This document shows, one piece after another, positions 61,613-64,000 of a DNA stretch of 64,000 nt. The stretch's first letter is position 1; each line of letters starts with the position of its first letter. The stretch is from assembly GCA_034521815.1 (NCBI GenBank), contig JAXHLW010000001.1, forward strand, positions 224,001 to 288,000, in the 5' to 3' direction. A program made the position numbers and the translations under genes. Under the pieces are notes generated by a model that was given only the letters and a program-made list of their open reading frames with translations, was not told the origin of the DNA and did not search any database. Source of the stretch: Trueperaceae bacterium (GTDB lineage Bacteria > Deinococcota > Deinococci > Deinococcales > Trueperaceae).

Positions 61613-62383
61613 ATGAGCGAGAACCGACTCGAGATCCGTGATCTTCACGCCCGCGTCGCGGGCGGCGAGGAGATCCTGAAAGGCGTCGATCTGATCGTCC
61701 CTGCCGGCGAGGTGCACGCCTTGATGGGTCAGAACGGCAGCGGCAAGTCCACCCTGGCGAAGGTCATCGCCGGCGACCCCAGCTACGAGGTCACCGGCGG
61801 CGACGTCCTGGTCGACGGCACCAGCGTGCTCGAGATGGAGCCGGACGAGCGGGCGCGCGAGGGTCTGTACCTGGCGTTCCAGTACCCGGTCGAGGTTCCC
61901 GGCGTGTCGATCGCGAACTTCCTCCGTATGGCCCTGAACGCCAAGCGCGACGACGACGACGAGATCGGCGTGATGGAGTTCTACGAGAAGCTTCAGCAAG
62001 CCGTCGCCGCCCTGAACTGGGACGAGGCGATCATCGAACGCAACCTGCACGAAGGGTTCTCGGGCGGCGAGAAGAAGCGCAGCGAGATCCTGCAGCTGCT
62101 GGTGCTCGAGCCACGCTACGCGATTCTCGACGAGACCGACTCGGGCCTCGACGTCGACGCGCTCAAGACCGTCTCGCAAGGCGTGAACGCCGCCCGCGGT
62201 CCCGGCTTCGGCGCGCTCGTGATCACCCACTACCAGCGCTTGCTGAACTACATCGTGCCCGATCGGGTCCACGTGATGTCGAACGGTCGAGTCATCACCA
62301 GCGGTGACAAGGAGCTCGCGATCGAGCTCGATACCCGCGGCTACGACTGGATCAAGGACGAGGTCGCCGCCGCAAGCGCCTGA
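61613..62383 (+). CDS. sufC: Fe-S cluster assembly ATPase SufC
   Basis: MGQNGSGKST, AFQYPVEVPGV, FSGGEKKR, DETDSGLD, ITHYQRLL. Confidence 0.96.
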   Translation: MSENRLEIRDLHARVAGGEEILKGVDLIVPAGEVHALMGQNGSGKSTLAKVIAGDPSYEVTGGDVLVDGTSVLEMEPDERAREGLYLAFQYPVEVPGVSIANFLRMALNAKRDDDDEIGVMEFYEKLQQAVAALNWDEAIIERNLHEGFSGGEKKRSEILQLLVLEPRYAILDETDSGLDVDALKTVSQGVNAARGPGFGALVITHYQRLLNYIVPDRVHVMSNGRVITSGDKELAIELDTRGYDWIKDEVAAASA

Positions 62384-62482
62384 CCCGAGGGCGCCGTCGC
62401 GGACGCGACCGCGCTTCGCTGCACGCCTCGACCGGCGGGACCCCCCGCCGACCCGCTGACTCGCACCCTGAGGAGGGACGAC

Positions 62483-63916
62483 GTGGCAGACGCACCGATG
62501 GAGCATCCCGACGCCGGCAAGCTGACCGGCATGGAGCACGAGAAGCAGTACGACTTCCAGCTTCCCGAATCGTACTTCTACAAGTCCGAAAAGGGCCTGA
62601 ACAAGCGCGTGATCGAGAAGATCAGCTACTTCAAGGGCGAGCCCCAGTGGATGCTCGACTTCAGGCTGAGGGCGCTCGAGATCGCCGAGAAGAAGGGCCC
62701 GCCCAAGTGGGGTCCCGACCTGTCCGGCTTGAACTTCGACGACATCTACTTCTACATCCGTCCCAACGAGCGCCAGGGCACGACGAGCTCGTGGGACGAG
62801 ATTCCCGCGGAGGTTCGCGAGACCTACCGTCGGCTCGGGATTCCCGAGGCCGAGCAGAAGGTCCTCGCCGGCGTGGGAGCCCAGTACGAGAGCGAGATGG
62901 TCTACCACAACCTCAAGGAGGAGTGGGAGAAGCTCGGCGTCATCTTCCTGGACACCGACACCGGCCTCAAGGAGCACCCCGAGATCTTCCGCGAGCACTT
63001 CGCGACCGTCGTCCCGCCCGAGGACAACTACTACGCGGCCGTGAACAGCGCCGTCTGGTCGGGCGGCTCGTTCGTGTACGTTCCTGCCGGCGTCGACGTC
63101 GACGTTCCGCTGCAGGCGTACTTCCTGCTCAACGCCGAGAACATCGGCCAGTTCGAGCGCACCCTGATCATCGTCGAGGAGGGCGCCAAGGCGCACTACA
63201 TCGAGGGCTGCACCGCGCCGACCTACAACTCGGACAGCTTCCACTCCGGCGTGATCGAGATTCTCGCCAAGGAGAACTCGAAGGTTCGCTACTCGACGAT
63301 CCAGAACTGGTCGCACAACGTCTACAACCTCGTCACCCAGCGCGCCATGGTCTACGACAACGCCAGCATGGGCTGGCTGGACGGAAACCTCGGCTCGAAG
63401 GTGACGATGAAGTACCCGAGCTGCTACCTGGTGGGCAACGGCGCGCACGGCGAGGTGCTGTCCATCGCGTTCGCCGGCGACGGTCAGCATCAGGACGCCG
63501 GCGCCAAGGTGATCCATGCGGCGCCGAACACCACCAGCTCGGTCGTGTCGAAGTCGATCTCGAAGGGTCAGGGCACCAGCAGCTACCGCGGCCTGGTCCA
63601 GATTCACGAGGGCGCCACCAACGCGAAGTCGAACGTCGAGTGCGACGCGCTGCTGATGGACGACACCTCGCGCACGAACACCTACCCGTACATCGAGATC
63701 AACGAGAAGACCGCGCACGTCGGCCACGAGGCGACCGTCTCGAAGCTGAACGAGGAGCAGATCTTCTACCTGATGTCGCGCGGCCTGGCCGAAGAGGAGG
63801 CGATGGCGCTGATCGTGCGTGGATTCCTCGAGCCGGTCGCGAAGGAGCTTCCGCTGGAGTACGCGGTCGAGCTGAATCGCCTGATCGAGCTCGAGATGGA
63901 AGGGAGCGTCGGCTGA
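62483..63916 (+). CDS. sufB: Fe-S cluster assembly protein SufB
   Basis: AQYESE, WSGGSFVYVP, GQFERTLI, YIEGCTAP, TMKYPS, HEATVSK, PLEYAVE. Confidence 0.97.
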   Translation: MADAPMEHPDAGKLTGMEHEKQYDFQLPESYFYKSEKGLNKRVIEKISYFKGEPQWMLDFRLRALEIAEKKGPPKWGPDLSGLNFDDIYFYIRPNERQGTTSSWDEIPAEVRETYRRLGIPEAEQKVLAGVGAQYESEMVYHNLKEEWEKLGVIFLDTDTGLKEHPEIFREHFATVVPPEDNYYAAVNSAVWSGGSFVYVPAGVDVDVPLQAYFLLNAENIGQFERTLIIVEEGAKAHYIEGCTAPTYNSDSFHSGVIEILAKENSKVRYSTIQNWSHNVYNLVTQRAMVYDNASMGWLDGNLGSKVTMKYPSCYLVGNGAHGEVLSIAFAGDGQHQDAGAKVIHAAPNTTSSVVSKSISKGQGTSSYRGLVQIHEGATNAKSNVECDALLMDDTSRTNTYPYIEINEKTAHVGHEATVSKLNEEQIFYLMSRGLAEEEAMALIVRGFLEPVAKELPLEYAVELNRLIELEMEGSVG

Positions 63917-63917
63917 G

Positions 63918-64000
63918 GTGGCGACGCTGACCGACGCCGCTGCGCTGAACGCCGGCGCGCTGGACGCGCTGATCGACCGTCGCGGCGAGCCCGACTGGCT
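63918..64000 (+). CDS. sufD: Probable SufD, N-terminus only
   Basis: GTG 1 nt after the sufB stop; reads ...DRRGEPDW; fits operon order. Confidence 0.65.
   Translation, partial: MATLTDAAALNAGALDALIDRRGEPDW

Overview
GC-rich bacterial chromosome segment, most likely Deinococcota (Truepera-like). This is inferred from the archaeal-type ProRS, the M29 aminopeptidase, the SLH/beta-barrel proteins and pervasive leaderless-style promoters. The window is mostly housekeeping: coxB (partial), comM, degV, asd, proB, hisZ-hisG, corA, an FMN-riboswitch ribD-ribE-ribBA operon with a distant ribH, recQ, metG, proS, ilvE, galE, coaE, tkt, bioY, a PyrR-controlled uraA-pyrR-pyrB-pyrC operon and sufC-sufB-sufD. 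I see no transposase, integrase, CRISPR array, rRNA or tRNA. The main leads are: (1) two paralogous secreted proteins with extreme poly-Asp/(DDDDR)n tails upstream of an OmpR-family two-component system, under a direct-repeat box; (2) an unannotated ~170-nt minus-strand transcription unit with an extended 16S anti-SD complement and a 16-codon ORF; (3) a second stand-alone promoter-sORF-terminator unit; (4) tandem SLH-coiled coil-collagen-beta-barrel proteins; (5) a PyrR site that sequesters the SD of a leader ORF crossing a terminator. Several 1-2 nt frameshifts, including one in tkt, suggest consensus indel errors in the assembly. All calls are by eye, with no database searches.
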